From Candidatus Woesearchaeota archaeon (GTDB taxonomy: Archaea; Nanobdellota; Nanobdellia; Pacearchaeales; GW2011-AR1), in the NCBI GenBank assembly GCA_964384965.1, contig CAYLLR010000002.1:1-40080 (forward strand): a stretch of 40,080 bases of DNA, in the 5' to 3' direction. This document shows positions 25,912 through 33,824 of the stretch, piece after piece. Each line of letters opens with the position of its first letter. The first letter of the stretch is position 1. Position numbers and translations under genes: made by a program. Under the pieces are notes generated by a model. That model saw only the letters and a list, made by a program, of their open reading frames with translations, had not been told where the DNA came from and searched no databases.

Positions 25912-26346
25912 AGATATTTAAATTAAACGTAAAAATCACAGATAAAAGATTTCATTTTAAAATGTTCTATAATTAACTTCTTAAGATTCCGAAGAATTAA
26001 GAAAATTCAATATCCTCCCAAATTTCTTGTTTGATTCTTAACTTCTCAAAATTACCTCCCTTACATATTTGTTATTCCAAAAGTGGGATAAAATTTAACT
26101 TTGAAATTATTTTTAACATCGCTTTAATTCGGAAGGTTCTTTACAATTATTTTTTTAAAATTTCAAAACTACAATATTTTTCAAATAGTTTGAGAATCTT
26201 TATCAATTGAATTTTGTCAATTCTTCCAATTTCGTCCTACTAATAAATTTTTTTATGAATTTAACCTAAAAATTTCTGGTAGGTTATATTTCGAGAAAAA
26301 TTGAGGAAAAAGTTTACACAATCAATTCAAAAAGAACCTCTAAAAA

Positions 26347-26361
26347 CGAAAAGTATAAATA
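26347..26361 (+). promoter_or_regulatory. BRE/TATA-like promoter for the small peptide ORF
   Basis: CGAAAAG followed by TATAAATA (26354-26361). The ATG at 26383 lies about 25 nt downstream of the box centre, consistent with a leaderless or short-leader archaeal transcript. The AT-rich background lowers specificity. Confidence 0.35.
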
Positions 26362-26382
26362 TGTCAAATAGTTAATGTTTTT

Positions 26383-26511
26383 ATGGAAAATGAACTAATT
26401 GTGGAAGTTGTGAATGGAGCATTGGTTAAACCAGAAGCGATGGATTCTGTTCCAGAGCCCCTATTGGGCCTTGATGCCTGTGGTTGTACGGGAAACTCTA
26501 ATTGCCTCTAA
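26383..26511 (+). CDS. candidate RiPP precursor peptide (42 aa, Cys-rich C-terminal core)
   Basis: Not in the supplied ORF track because it is under 61 aa. My translation: MENELIVEVVNGALVKPEAMDSVPEPLLGLDACGCTGNSNCL*. It is co-directional with the radical SAM/SPASM gene and ends 32 nt upstream of it. It is visibly G+C-richer than the flanking spacer and has a TATA box upstream. Confidence 0.55.
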   Translation: MENELIVEVVNGALVKPEAMDSVPEPLLGLDACGCTGNSNCL

Positions 26512-26543
26512 ACTGACCTCGATTTGGTTATCCTTTAAATAGA

Positions 26544-27818
26544 ATGTATAAAGAAAGTTCGTACAACAGATTTTTTTTTGAAAAAGATTCTATTTTCTTA
26601 TTTAATTCTTTAAGCAAGGCGTGTCTTAAAGTTAGAAAGGAAAATTTAGAAAAGATAAAAAAAATATTAAAAGAAAAAATTTCTTGCAAGGGTAATGATA
26701 GAATTAATCAAAAGATACTAATAGACAATGGATTTATTATTCCGGAGGAGACGAATGAACTTGAAATTCTTGAGCATTTATATAAATCAAACTATTTTTC
26801 TACAGACAAGATTGCCATTGCGCTTGTTCCAACCCTGAAATGTAATTTTAAATGTCCCTATTGTTTTGAGGCAAAATCTAGAAAGGAAAATCGTGAATCA
26901 AAAGACTATTTTGAAGTTTTAAGAAAATTTTCCGATAAAAACTTTAAAAATAAAAAAAGGGTTCATATCGGATTATTCGGGGGAGAACCCCTTTTGAAAA
27001 AGAACCAATTGTTTTCTTACCTAGAACATCTTTTAAAACAAAGTAAGGAATATGGGTATAAATTTAGTGTGAATATTGTTACAAATGGCTTTTTTTTAGA
27101 CGAGGAAACGGTTAAAAAATTAATTAAATATAATTGTATTTCAATTCAAGTTACATTGGACGGGGGGGAAAAGACACATAATACATTGAGGGTATTACAT
27201 AACGGGGGAGAAACGTTTGATAAAATTGTTAGTAATTTTAAAAAAGCGATAAAATATTCAATTAAAATTAATTCTCCCACCCAATTTATTTTAAGAATAA
27301 ATTTACTAAACCAAAAAATAGAAAATCTCAAATCAGTTTTTGAAGCATTTAATAAAAAAGAAAGGAATAAAATAAAAATTCTTTTTAGGCCGGTTTATTC
27401 AACTAGTCAATTTAAAAAAACAAATTGCAATACAATTCATGATTTAAAAAAATTTTATGATAAATCAAATGAATACGGATATGGGGTAGCCAGAAATAAT
27501 TATTATTTGCAATATTGTGAATCTGACGGCGGAATTAATTTTTTTTATATAACTCCCGACTTAAAAATCTGGAAATGCATAAACGAATCATCAAAAACAG
27601 CAAATATTGGATACCTAAATAGGCAAGGAAAAATAGAATTGGATTTGACAAATATTGCCACTTGGACTGAAAAATCCGATCCTTTTAAAGATGGAAAATG
27701 CAGAAAATGTTATTATCTTCCAATATGTTATGGGGGTTGTCCCCTTTATCGTATTAAAACAGGAAAACGAAAATGCATATCTAAAGATATGGCTATAGCC
27801 CCTTATTTTTATCCTTAA
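26544..27818 (+). CDS. radical SAM/SPASM-domain peptide maturase
   Basis: CNFKCPYC (CX3CX2C), GLFGGEPLL and VTLDGGEKTHNTLR. C-terminal SPASM cysteines YCESDGG, WKC and CRKCYYLPICYGGC (CX2CX5CX3C). The ~90-aa N-terminal extension (YNRFFFEKDSIFLFNSLSKACLKV) is typical of peptide-modifying members. Confidence 0.85.
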   Translation: MYKESSYNRFFFEKDSIFLFNSLSKACLKVRKENLEKIKKILKEKISCKGNDRINQKILIDNGFIIPEETNELEILEHLYKSNYFSTDKIAIALVPTLKCNFKCPYCFEAKSRKENRESKDYFEVLRKFSDKNFKNKKRVHIGLFGGEPLLKKNQLFSYLEHLLKQSKEYGYKFSVNIVTNGFFLDEETVKKLIKYNCISIQVTLDGGEKTHNTLRVLHNGGETFDKIVSNFKKAIKYSIKINSPTQFILRINLLNQKIENLKSVFEAFNKKERNKIKILFRPVYSTSQFKKTNCNTIHDLKKFYDKSNEYGYGVARNNYYLQYCESDGGINFFYITPDLKIWKCINESSKTANIGYLNRQGKIELDLTNIATWTEKSDPFKDGKCRKCYYLPICYGGCPLYRIKTGKRKCISKDMAIAPYFYP

Positions 27819-27838
27819 CTATTTCTTCAAAAAAAATA

Positions 27839-27910
27839 CGCCCACGCCGGGAGTCGAACCCGGGTTTCCAGCGCGACAGGCTAGTGTCATAGCCGTTAGA
27901 CCACGTGGGC
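27839..27910 (-). tRNA. tRNA-Asp (anticodon GTC)
   Basis: Manual fold gives acceptor GCCCACG/CGTGGGC and anticodon stem CTAGC/GCTGG. The anticodon loop is CTGTCGC and the T arm is CCGGG-TTCGACT-CCCGG. Length is 72 nt including the discriminator. Confidence 0.85.
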
Positions 27911-28050
27911 AAGTCACAAACTTTCATACCGATTTTTATTTTTAAATCTTGTGATATCCTTAAAAGTTAATTTTAGGAAAAATGATAAAACAAAAAGTAT
28001 TTAAACTTAAAATAACTCTAAAATATGTTCAATTTCGGTTGAACATTGAA

Positions 28051-28090
28051 GGTAAAAATTTTCGGATTTTTACCTTCTTTTTTATTTTGG
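28051..28090 (+). terminator. 8-bp hairpin followed by T-rich tract
   Basis: GGTAAAAA-TTTTCGGA-TTTTTACC (28051-28074) followed by TTCTTTTTTATTTT. A second hairpin, GTTCAA-TTTCGG-TTGAAC, lies at 28027-28044. Confidence 0.3.
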
Positions 28091-28187
28091 TTTATATTTT
28101 TTTCAGGATAAGTGTTTGAGTTGAGAATTATTTCGAATAATCCTTTAATAAGGATATATTCAACGACGGCTTTTTATTTTCTTAACA

Positions 28188-29474
28188 CTATTTTTTAGGT
28201 TCAATCTTTTTTTTACCATTCATATATGGTTGAAGAACTTTCGGAATTAAAATAGAACCATCTTTTTGTTGATTATTTTCCATAATCGCAACCAGTGCCC
28301 TGGAAGTAGCAATGACCGTGTTGTTTAGGGTGTGAGCAAAATATTTTTTCCCTTTGTGTTCAATTCTTATTCCTAATCGTCTAGCTTGAGCCGATTCCAT
28401 ATTTGTTAAAGAAGTAACTTCAAAATATTCTTTTCTTCTTGGACTCCAACACTCCAAATCTAAACTTTTAGCTTTCAAATCGGCTAAATCTCCACTACAA
28501 CATTCTAAAATTCTAAATGGGAGTTCCAAGGATTTAAATAGCTCAATAGAATATTCCAACATTTTAGTATACCATTTATAAGAATCTTCTGGATTACAAA
28601 TCACAATCATTTCCTGTTTATTAAATTGATGAGTTCTATAAATTCCTTTTTCATCGACGCCATGAGATCCAATTTCTTTCCTAAAGCACATAGAATAAGC
28701 AGTTTGTTTAATGGGCAAATCTTTTCCATTCAAAGTTTTTTTAATAAATTGGCCAATCAAAGGATGTTCTGAGGTGGCAATCATATAAAGATTTTCATTA
28801 TCAATTTTATAACTCATTGCATCAATTTCTTCATTTGAGTAAACCCCCTTCAAAATTTCTTCTCTAATCATTAATGGAGGTTCTATATATTCAAATCCTT
28901 TTTTAATCATAAAATCTCTCGCATAATTAATTAAAGCCATATTCAATAAAGCCAAATCCCCTTTCATAAAGTAAAACCCTTTACCAGAAATGCTCCCTGA
29001 AAGGTCAAAATCCAAAACTCCCAATTTTTCCCCCAATTCGACGTGACTTTTGACAGGAAAGTTAAATTTTTTTATCTTTCCAAACCTTTGTATTTCAACA
29101 TTTTCAGTTTCATCTTTACCAATTGGAACGGATTCATGAATCATGTTCGGAATTTTAGTCATAATTTCATGAATCTTTTCTTCAAATTTTTTTCTTTTTA
29201 ATTTACTTTCCTCAATTTTTTCGGGAATTTTTTTTGCTCTTTTTTTCAATTCCTCTGCCTTTTTTTTATCTTTTAATTTTATTGCCTCGTTAATTTTTCT
29301 TGAAATTTTATTTCTTTCAGACCTTAAATTGTCCTCTTCATATTTTAGTTTTCTCCACTTTTCATCATATTCCAAAACCTCATCTACCAATGGAATTTTC
29401 TCTTTCTGAAATTTCTTTTTTATATTCTCTTTGACTAATTCAGGATTTTCACGAATCAAATTAATGTCAATCAT
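28188..29474 (-). CDS. serS: seryl-tRNA synthetase
   Basis: MIDINLIRENPELVKENIKKK, followed by a long coiled-coil arm and a class II core (FRKEIGSHG, YRTHQFNKQE, GSILIPKVLQPY). This is the canonical SerRS layout. Confidence 0.95.
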   Translation of the reverse strand: MIDINLIRENPELVKENIKKKFQKEKIPLVDEVLEYDEKWRKLKYEEDNLRSERNKISRKINEAIKLKDKKKAEELKKRAKKIPEKIEESKLKRKKFEEKIHEIMTKIPNMIHESVPIGKDETENVEIQRFGKIKKFNFPVKSHVELGEKLGVLDFDLSGSISGKGFYFMKGDLALLNMALINYARDFMIKKGFEYIEPPLMIREEILKGVYSNEEIDAMSYKIDNENLYMIATSEHPLIGQFIKKTLNGKDLPIKQTAYSMCFRKEIGSHGVDEKGIYRTHQFNKQEMIVICNPEDSYKWYTKMLEYSIELFKSLELPFRILECCSGDLADLKAKSLDLECWSPRRKEYFEVTSLTNMESAQARRLGIRIEHKGKKYFAHTLNNTVIATSRALVAIMENNQQKDGSILIPKVLQPYMNGKKKIEPKK

Positions 29475-29560
29475 AAAAACAAGAGAAAAAGCTTGTATTT
29501 AAATTTTGTTAGAAGGATTTTATTAGGAAAATTTAAAAGTGGGATTAACTAATTAAAACG

Positions 29561-30220
29561 ATGGGAGGTGTAATTAATGTGATAAGTTCTTTATTTAGAG
29601 AACTTTATAATGGATTTTTTTTAACACTTCCAAACTGGATTCAAGAATTTCTAAATCTTTTTTTCTGGTCACTTTTAATGGTTATTTATGCAATTTTTAT
29701 CTGGAAATTTTATAGATGGATTGCAAAAAAAGACATTTTAAAACTAAATCTCGACAAATTCAATACATCGGAACATCCTACAACCTCAAAGATTGTCGGA
29801 GGAATTTTATATTTTATAGAATATATTATAATACTCCCTTTTGTTGTTTTTTTATGGTTTGGAGTTTTCACAATTTTTTTAATGCTTTTGACTGAAACTC
29901 TTGAGCTAAAAACTCTTTTAGTAATTGCAGTAACGGTCGTGGTGGCAATTAGAATGACCTCCTATTATAAAGAGGATCTCGCAAGAGATTTGGCAAAAAT
30001 TATCCCTTTAACTCTCCTCGCTGTGGCAATAACTCAAGGACTTTTTAATTTTGAAAAAATAATAAATCAAATACAAATTCTTCCAGCCTTTTTTTCCAAT
30101 ATCTGGTTCTATCTCCTCTTTATAATAACTATCGAATTGTTATTGAGGATTGTGGATGTAATTTTTATTGCTTTTAAACTGTATGATGAGAGGGAAATAA
30201 AGGCTATAGATTCCAAATAA
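29561..30220 (+). CDS. integral membrane protein (about 5 TM), unknown function
   Basis: Multiple hydrophobic helices (FFWSLLMVIYAIFIW, ILPFVVFLWFGVFTIFLML, WFYLLFIITIELLL). Confidence 0.5.
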   Translation: MGGVINVISSLFRELYNGFFLTLPNWIQEFLNLFFWSLLMVIYAIFIWKFYRWIAKKDILKLNLDKFNTSEHPTTSKIVGGILYFIEYIIILPFVVFLWFGVFTIFLMLLTETLELKTLLVIAVTVVVAIRMTSYYKEDLARDLAKIIPLTLLAVAITQGLFNFEKIINQIQILPAFFSNIWFYLLFIITIELLLRIVDVIFIAFKLYDEREIKAIDSK

Positions 30221-30227
30221 TTCATAA

Positions 30228-31931
30228 TTAAATTTTTGGTTTGTGAAAATGATTACTTTCTTTGTTCAAAATTTCTTTTAACATTTTTATATGTTTTTTC
30301 TTTTCATTTGAATAATCCTCATCTCCAGATTTGGAATGTTTTATCATCCGTGCAACAAATTCTCCTCCTAAAAAATGGGGTGTTAAAACATAATTTGCAC
30401 CCCCGTCATAAAGCCTTAAGGCATCGTCAATAGTGTTTGCTCTTAAAATTATTACCGCTTTTTTATTCATTCTCCTAAGCGTTTCAAGAAGTAGTTCATT
30501 GGTTTTAACCTCTGGAATTGTTGAAATTACAAGGTTTAACTTTTCAAGCTTTAAATCTTCCAAGAAATCTGCGTCATAAACATCCCCATAAATAGCAGGA
30601 ATTTCAAATTTATTCAAATTATTTATTATATCTGGATTGAAGTCTACTACAATATATTTTTTCTTCAATTTTTTTAAAGAGTTGAGTATGCTAAATCCTG
30701 TTCTATTATAACCAAAAAGAATTGTATCATAATTTTCCTGTAAATTTTTTCTTTTTCTTATTTTTTTACTTTCAAAGATAAATAAAATTCCTGAAAGCTT
30801 ATTGTAAAAAGTTCCTGAATATGTAATAAAGTAACTTGATAACAGGATGGTTAGTATAAGCGTTAAAACGATTGTATTGAATGCTGACGAATTTATGTGT
30901 CCAACTGAAACTCCCAGAATTGCAACAATTAATGAAAATTCAGAAATTTGTGCGAGGGTGGAACCAACTAAAAAATTAGTCCTTTTAGTGAGTTTAAAAA
31001 ATCTTCCTAAAATCATGACGAATAATGGTTTAAAAATTAAAGCCAAACCTGACAAGATAATCGTACTAAAAATAATTGTTTGAATTTCTGAAATCTGTAT
31101 TTTTAATCCAAGAATTATGAAGAAGATTATTAAAAAGAAATCCCTAAGTGGTTTTATTTTTGAAGAAATTTCCGTCGCATACGGACTTGTAGAAAGGATT
31201 ATTCCCGCAATCAAAGAACCAATTTCCATGGAAAATCCGATATAAATAAAGAGAGCTGCAAGAACAAAAGACCAGCAAATTGAAAACAGAAAAAGTAATT
31301 CTTGGGATTTTGCAATCCCCCTCATAATTCTAGGAAGAACTAAAATTCCCACCAAAAAAAGCAAAATAATTAAAATTCCTCCAGAAATAAATCCACTAAG
31401 TGTATTCCCAGAATTGATTCCTGAAATAGAAGAGATAAACATTAAGACCCCAATTGCAACCAAATCTTGTACAATTAAAATCCCAATAGAAATTTTAGAA
31501 GACAGCGAATCCAATTCTTTTTTATCTGACAAAAGTTTCATAATAATAATTGTACTTGAAAAGGAAAGTGCAATACCAAAATAGATTGCAGTGATGGTGC
31601 TAACATTCAAAATATATAATGAAACTGCAAAAGTTAAGACGAATGTTAAAATAATCTGTCCCAAACCGATTAGGAGAGAGACTCCCCCAATTTCTTTAAT
31701 CACTTTTGGATTGAGATGGAGACCAACAATAAAAAGAAGAAATGAGATGCCAATTTCACTAAAAACATTAATTGTTTCAGTAGAGGTTCCGAGGCTGACT
31801 AAGAAAGGGCTAATAATTATTCCAGCAAAAATATACCCCACAATTAGCGGCTGATTTAGTGCTTTAATAACGTATGAAACGAGAAAAGCGACCAACAAAA
31901 TAACCGCTAACTGAATAAAAATTTCTTCCAT
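30228..31931 (-). CDS. Kef-type cation:proton antiporter (CPA2) with C-terminal RCK/TrkA-N domain
   Basis: About 12 TM helices starting MEEIFIQLAVILLVAFLVSYV...QPLIVGYIFAGIIISP. The C-terminal Rossmann-like part is ILFGYNRTGFSILNSL...VVDFNPD...YGDVYD. Confidence 0.8.
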   Translation of the reverse strand: MEEIFIQLAVILLVAFLVSYVIKALNQPLIVGYIFAGIIISPFLVSLGTSTETINVFSEIGISFLLFIVGLHLNPKVIKEIGGVSLLIGLGQIILTFVLTFAVSLYILNVSTITAIYFGIALSFSSTIIIMKLLSDKKELDSLSSKISIGILIVQDLVAIGVLMFISSISGINSGNTLSGFISGGILIILLFLVGILVLPRIMRGIAKSQELLFLFSICWSFVLAALFIYIGFSMEIGSLIAGIILSTSPYATEISSKIKPLRDFFLIIFFIILGLKIQISEIQTIIFSTIILSGLALIFKPLFVMILGRFFKLTKRTNFLVGSTLAQISEFSLIVAILGVSVGHINSSAFNTIVLTLILTILLSSYFITYSGTFYNKLSGILFIFESKKIRKRKNLQENYDTILFGYNRTGFSILNSLKKLKKKYIVVDFNPDIINNLNKFEIPAIYGDVYDADFLEDLKLEKLNLVISTIPEVKTNELLLETLRRMNKKAVIILRANTIDDALRLYDGGANYVLTPHFLGGEFVARMIKHSKSGDEDYSNEKKKHIKMLKEILNKESNHFHKPKI

Positions 31932-32149
31932 CTTACCTCTTAAATATTGTAATTAAAAATACTATAAAAAGGTTTTGAGAATTGCTTTCTTCCAAGCAAC
32001 CTTTTTATTTCCAAAACTTTATCTGAATAATTTTTATTTTTTATAATATTCTTTTATAGTTAACTTCTTTGATGCAACCTCCAATAAAAAACTTAAAATT
32101 GCTAATATCTTAATTCAAAGAAAAGCTTTTTAAACCGGCTCCCAATAAA

Positions 32150-32464
32150 TTGAGTATGACAAAAGTAAGAATAAAATTAAATTCAACAGATATAGGAATG
32201 TTAAATGAAATTTGCAATTCAATAAAGAATTTATCAAAAAATTCTGGAATTACAATCTCTGGACCGGTTCCACTTCCCACAAAAAAATTAAAAGTAACGA
32301 CGAGAAAATCTCCATGCGGAGATGGGACTGCTACTTTTGACAGATTCGAAATGAGAATCCATAAAAGATTGATAGATTTGCCTGCGAACGAAAAGGTCCT
32401 TCATCACATTATGAGGATGAAAATCCCGAAATCAGTTAATGTCAAAATTGAAATGAAGGATTAA
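32150..32464 (+). CDS. rps10: 30S ribosomal protein S10 (uS10)
   Basis: VRIKLNSTD...ISGPVPLPTKKLKVTTRKSPCGDGTATFDRFEMRIHKRLIDL is the uS10 pattern. The likely true start is the ATG at 32156; the track start is a TTG. Confidence 0.9.
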   Translation: MSMTKVRIKLNSTDIGMLNEICNSIKNLSKNSGITISGPVPLPTKKLKVTTRKSPCGDGTATFDRFEMRIHKRLIDLPANEKVLHHIMRMKIPKSVNVKIEMKD

Positions 32465-32551
32465 TTTTGATTAGAAATTTGTCCGGCATTAAATTTTCTC
32501 CGAAATTCCTCTTCTCTTTTTTTCTGATTTTTAATATTTTTTAAAAATATT

Positions 32552-33031
32552 TCAATTAAATATGTTTTTTTTGGGAAAAACCTTTTCAACAATTCCTTTT
32601 TTATCTTCAATCCAAAAAGGCCCTCTTTGCAGAAAATTTTTTTGAATCTTTAAGTCATCTTCTAATTCATTTTTTTCGAGGTAATAATCAATTCTACAAT
32701 TTGGGATTCCCAAATTTTTTTTCAACTCTGCAGGCAAATCAAACTCTAAGGAGTATTTTTCATAGAATCCGGAATATTCAATTGTTTTATCTAATAAATC
32801 TCTCTTAAATTTTAAAACACCAATTTTTGAAGGAAAAACAAATAAATCATAATAATCCGAAATTATTGAATAAAACGTTTTTTCAAAATTTTTCTTGACT
32901 TTTTTCTTTTCCTCGACTAAATGGAATGGTTTTATAATTTTAGAAAGTCCTTGAATATTTAATCTCATAGATTCCGAAATTTTTTTGAGTTTAAAAAGAT
33001 TGTTATTTAAAAAATTAGAACGGAACTGCAA
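32552..33031 (-). CDS. hypothetical protein
   Basis: 159-aa ORF with no motif recognised. Divergent from 33060-33518. Confidence 0.4.
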   Translation of the reverse strand: MQFRSNFLNNNLFKLKKISESMRLNIQGLSKIIKPFHLVEEKKKVKKNFEKTFYSIISDYYDLFVFPSKIGVLKFKRDLLDKTIEYSGFYEKYSLEFDLPAELKKNLGIPNCRIDYYLEKNELEDDLKIQKNFLQRGPFWIEDKKGIVEKVFPKKNIFN

Positions 33032-33059
33032 TAAAATTTATAAAATAATTTTATCTTAA

Positions 33060-33518
33060 ATGAAAATGGGGAGATTGGTAGGGCCATTTGAAATCGGAAA
33101 AAATTTAGAAAAAGTAATTATTGAAATGTGCGTTGATGAAGAGGGATGGACAGAACCAGAATCTATCGAGATAGACTATCTTTTAAATATATATTTTGAT
33201 ATTGAAGGACCAATTTCAAAAGAGTATGATCCTTTAAACAAAAGAAATGTTTATGTGAAAAGAATTGGTTTAGAGAAAGATGATTTTTTGGTGGATATTT
33301 CAAAAGCCAAAGACTATTCTTGGAGAAGGCTTTCTTCGAGAGAAATTGAAGATTTTGTAGAGGAATTTGGAGAGGATAGAATTGTAAAATTAAATTACAA
33401 TCAAGAAGATATTTCTTTAGAAAAAGCCATGCTAAGAGAGAAAATAAAAAGAGCCGTGGAAAATGAAGAGTATGAAAAGATAAAAAAATTAAAAGACAAG
33501 CTAAAAAGAAGCAAATAA
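33060..33518 (+). CDS. hypothetical protein with C-terminal UVR-like motif
   Basis: LEKAMLREKIKRAVENEEYEKIKKLKDKLK resembles the UvrB/UvrC-type UVR helical hairpin (M..A...E.FE.A..LRD.I..L). Confidence 0.45.
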   Translation: MKMGRLVGPFEIGKNLEKVIIEMCVDEEGWTEPESIEIDYLLNIYFDIEGPISKEYDPLNKRNVYVKRIGLEKDDFLVDISKAKDYSWRRLSSREIEDFVEEFGEDRIVKLNYNQEDISLEKAMLREKIKRAVENEEYEKIKKLKDKLKRSK

Positions 33519-33824
33519 AATTAAAGAGGGAAGAATAAAAAGAAGACTAAATCTTAAAAAATTTAGAAAAAGCAATTGAATGACTTTAGGAAATCCCTTG
33601 ATAATAGAACAAGCTATGTTAAAAATAGGTTCAAAAGAAAATATTATTTTATAGAATTTAATGAGAAATATCTAAAGATGAAATGAGGGGGCATTTAGAG
33701 TGAATCTATTAAAGAAAGATTTGAAAAAACAATCAGGATGAAAATTTTGGAATTGTATCAAAATCAAAAGAAAGAAAATAATTCTCAAAACCCTTATAAA
33801 TACTTCTTTATTATATAAGTTAAG

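Noticed and set aside
24779-25921. Plus-strand ORFs (103, 83 and 61 aa) inside the coiled-coil gene
   Set aside because: They are the antisense of a K/E-rich gene, which automatically gives F/L/S-rich open frames. They are mutually overlapping and therefore artefactual.
25912-27910. RiPP cassette as a tRNA-Asp-integrated mobile element
   Set aside because: The cassette abuts the tRNA 3' end. However, I found no integrase or transposase, no direct repeat of the tRNA 3' segment in the upstream spacer, and the rSAM gene shares the host's AT-rich composition.
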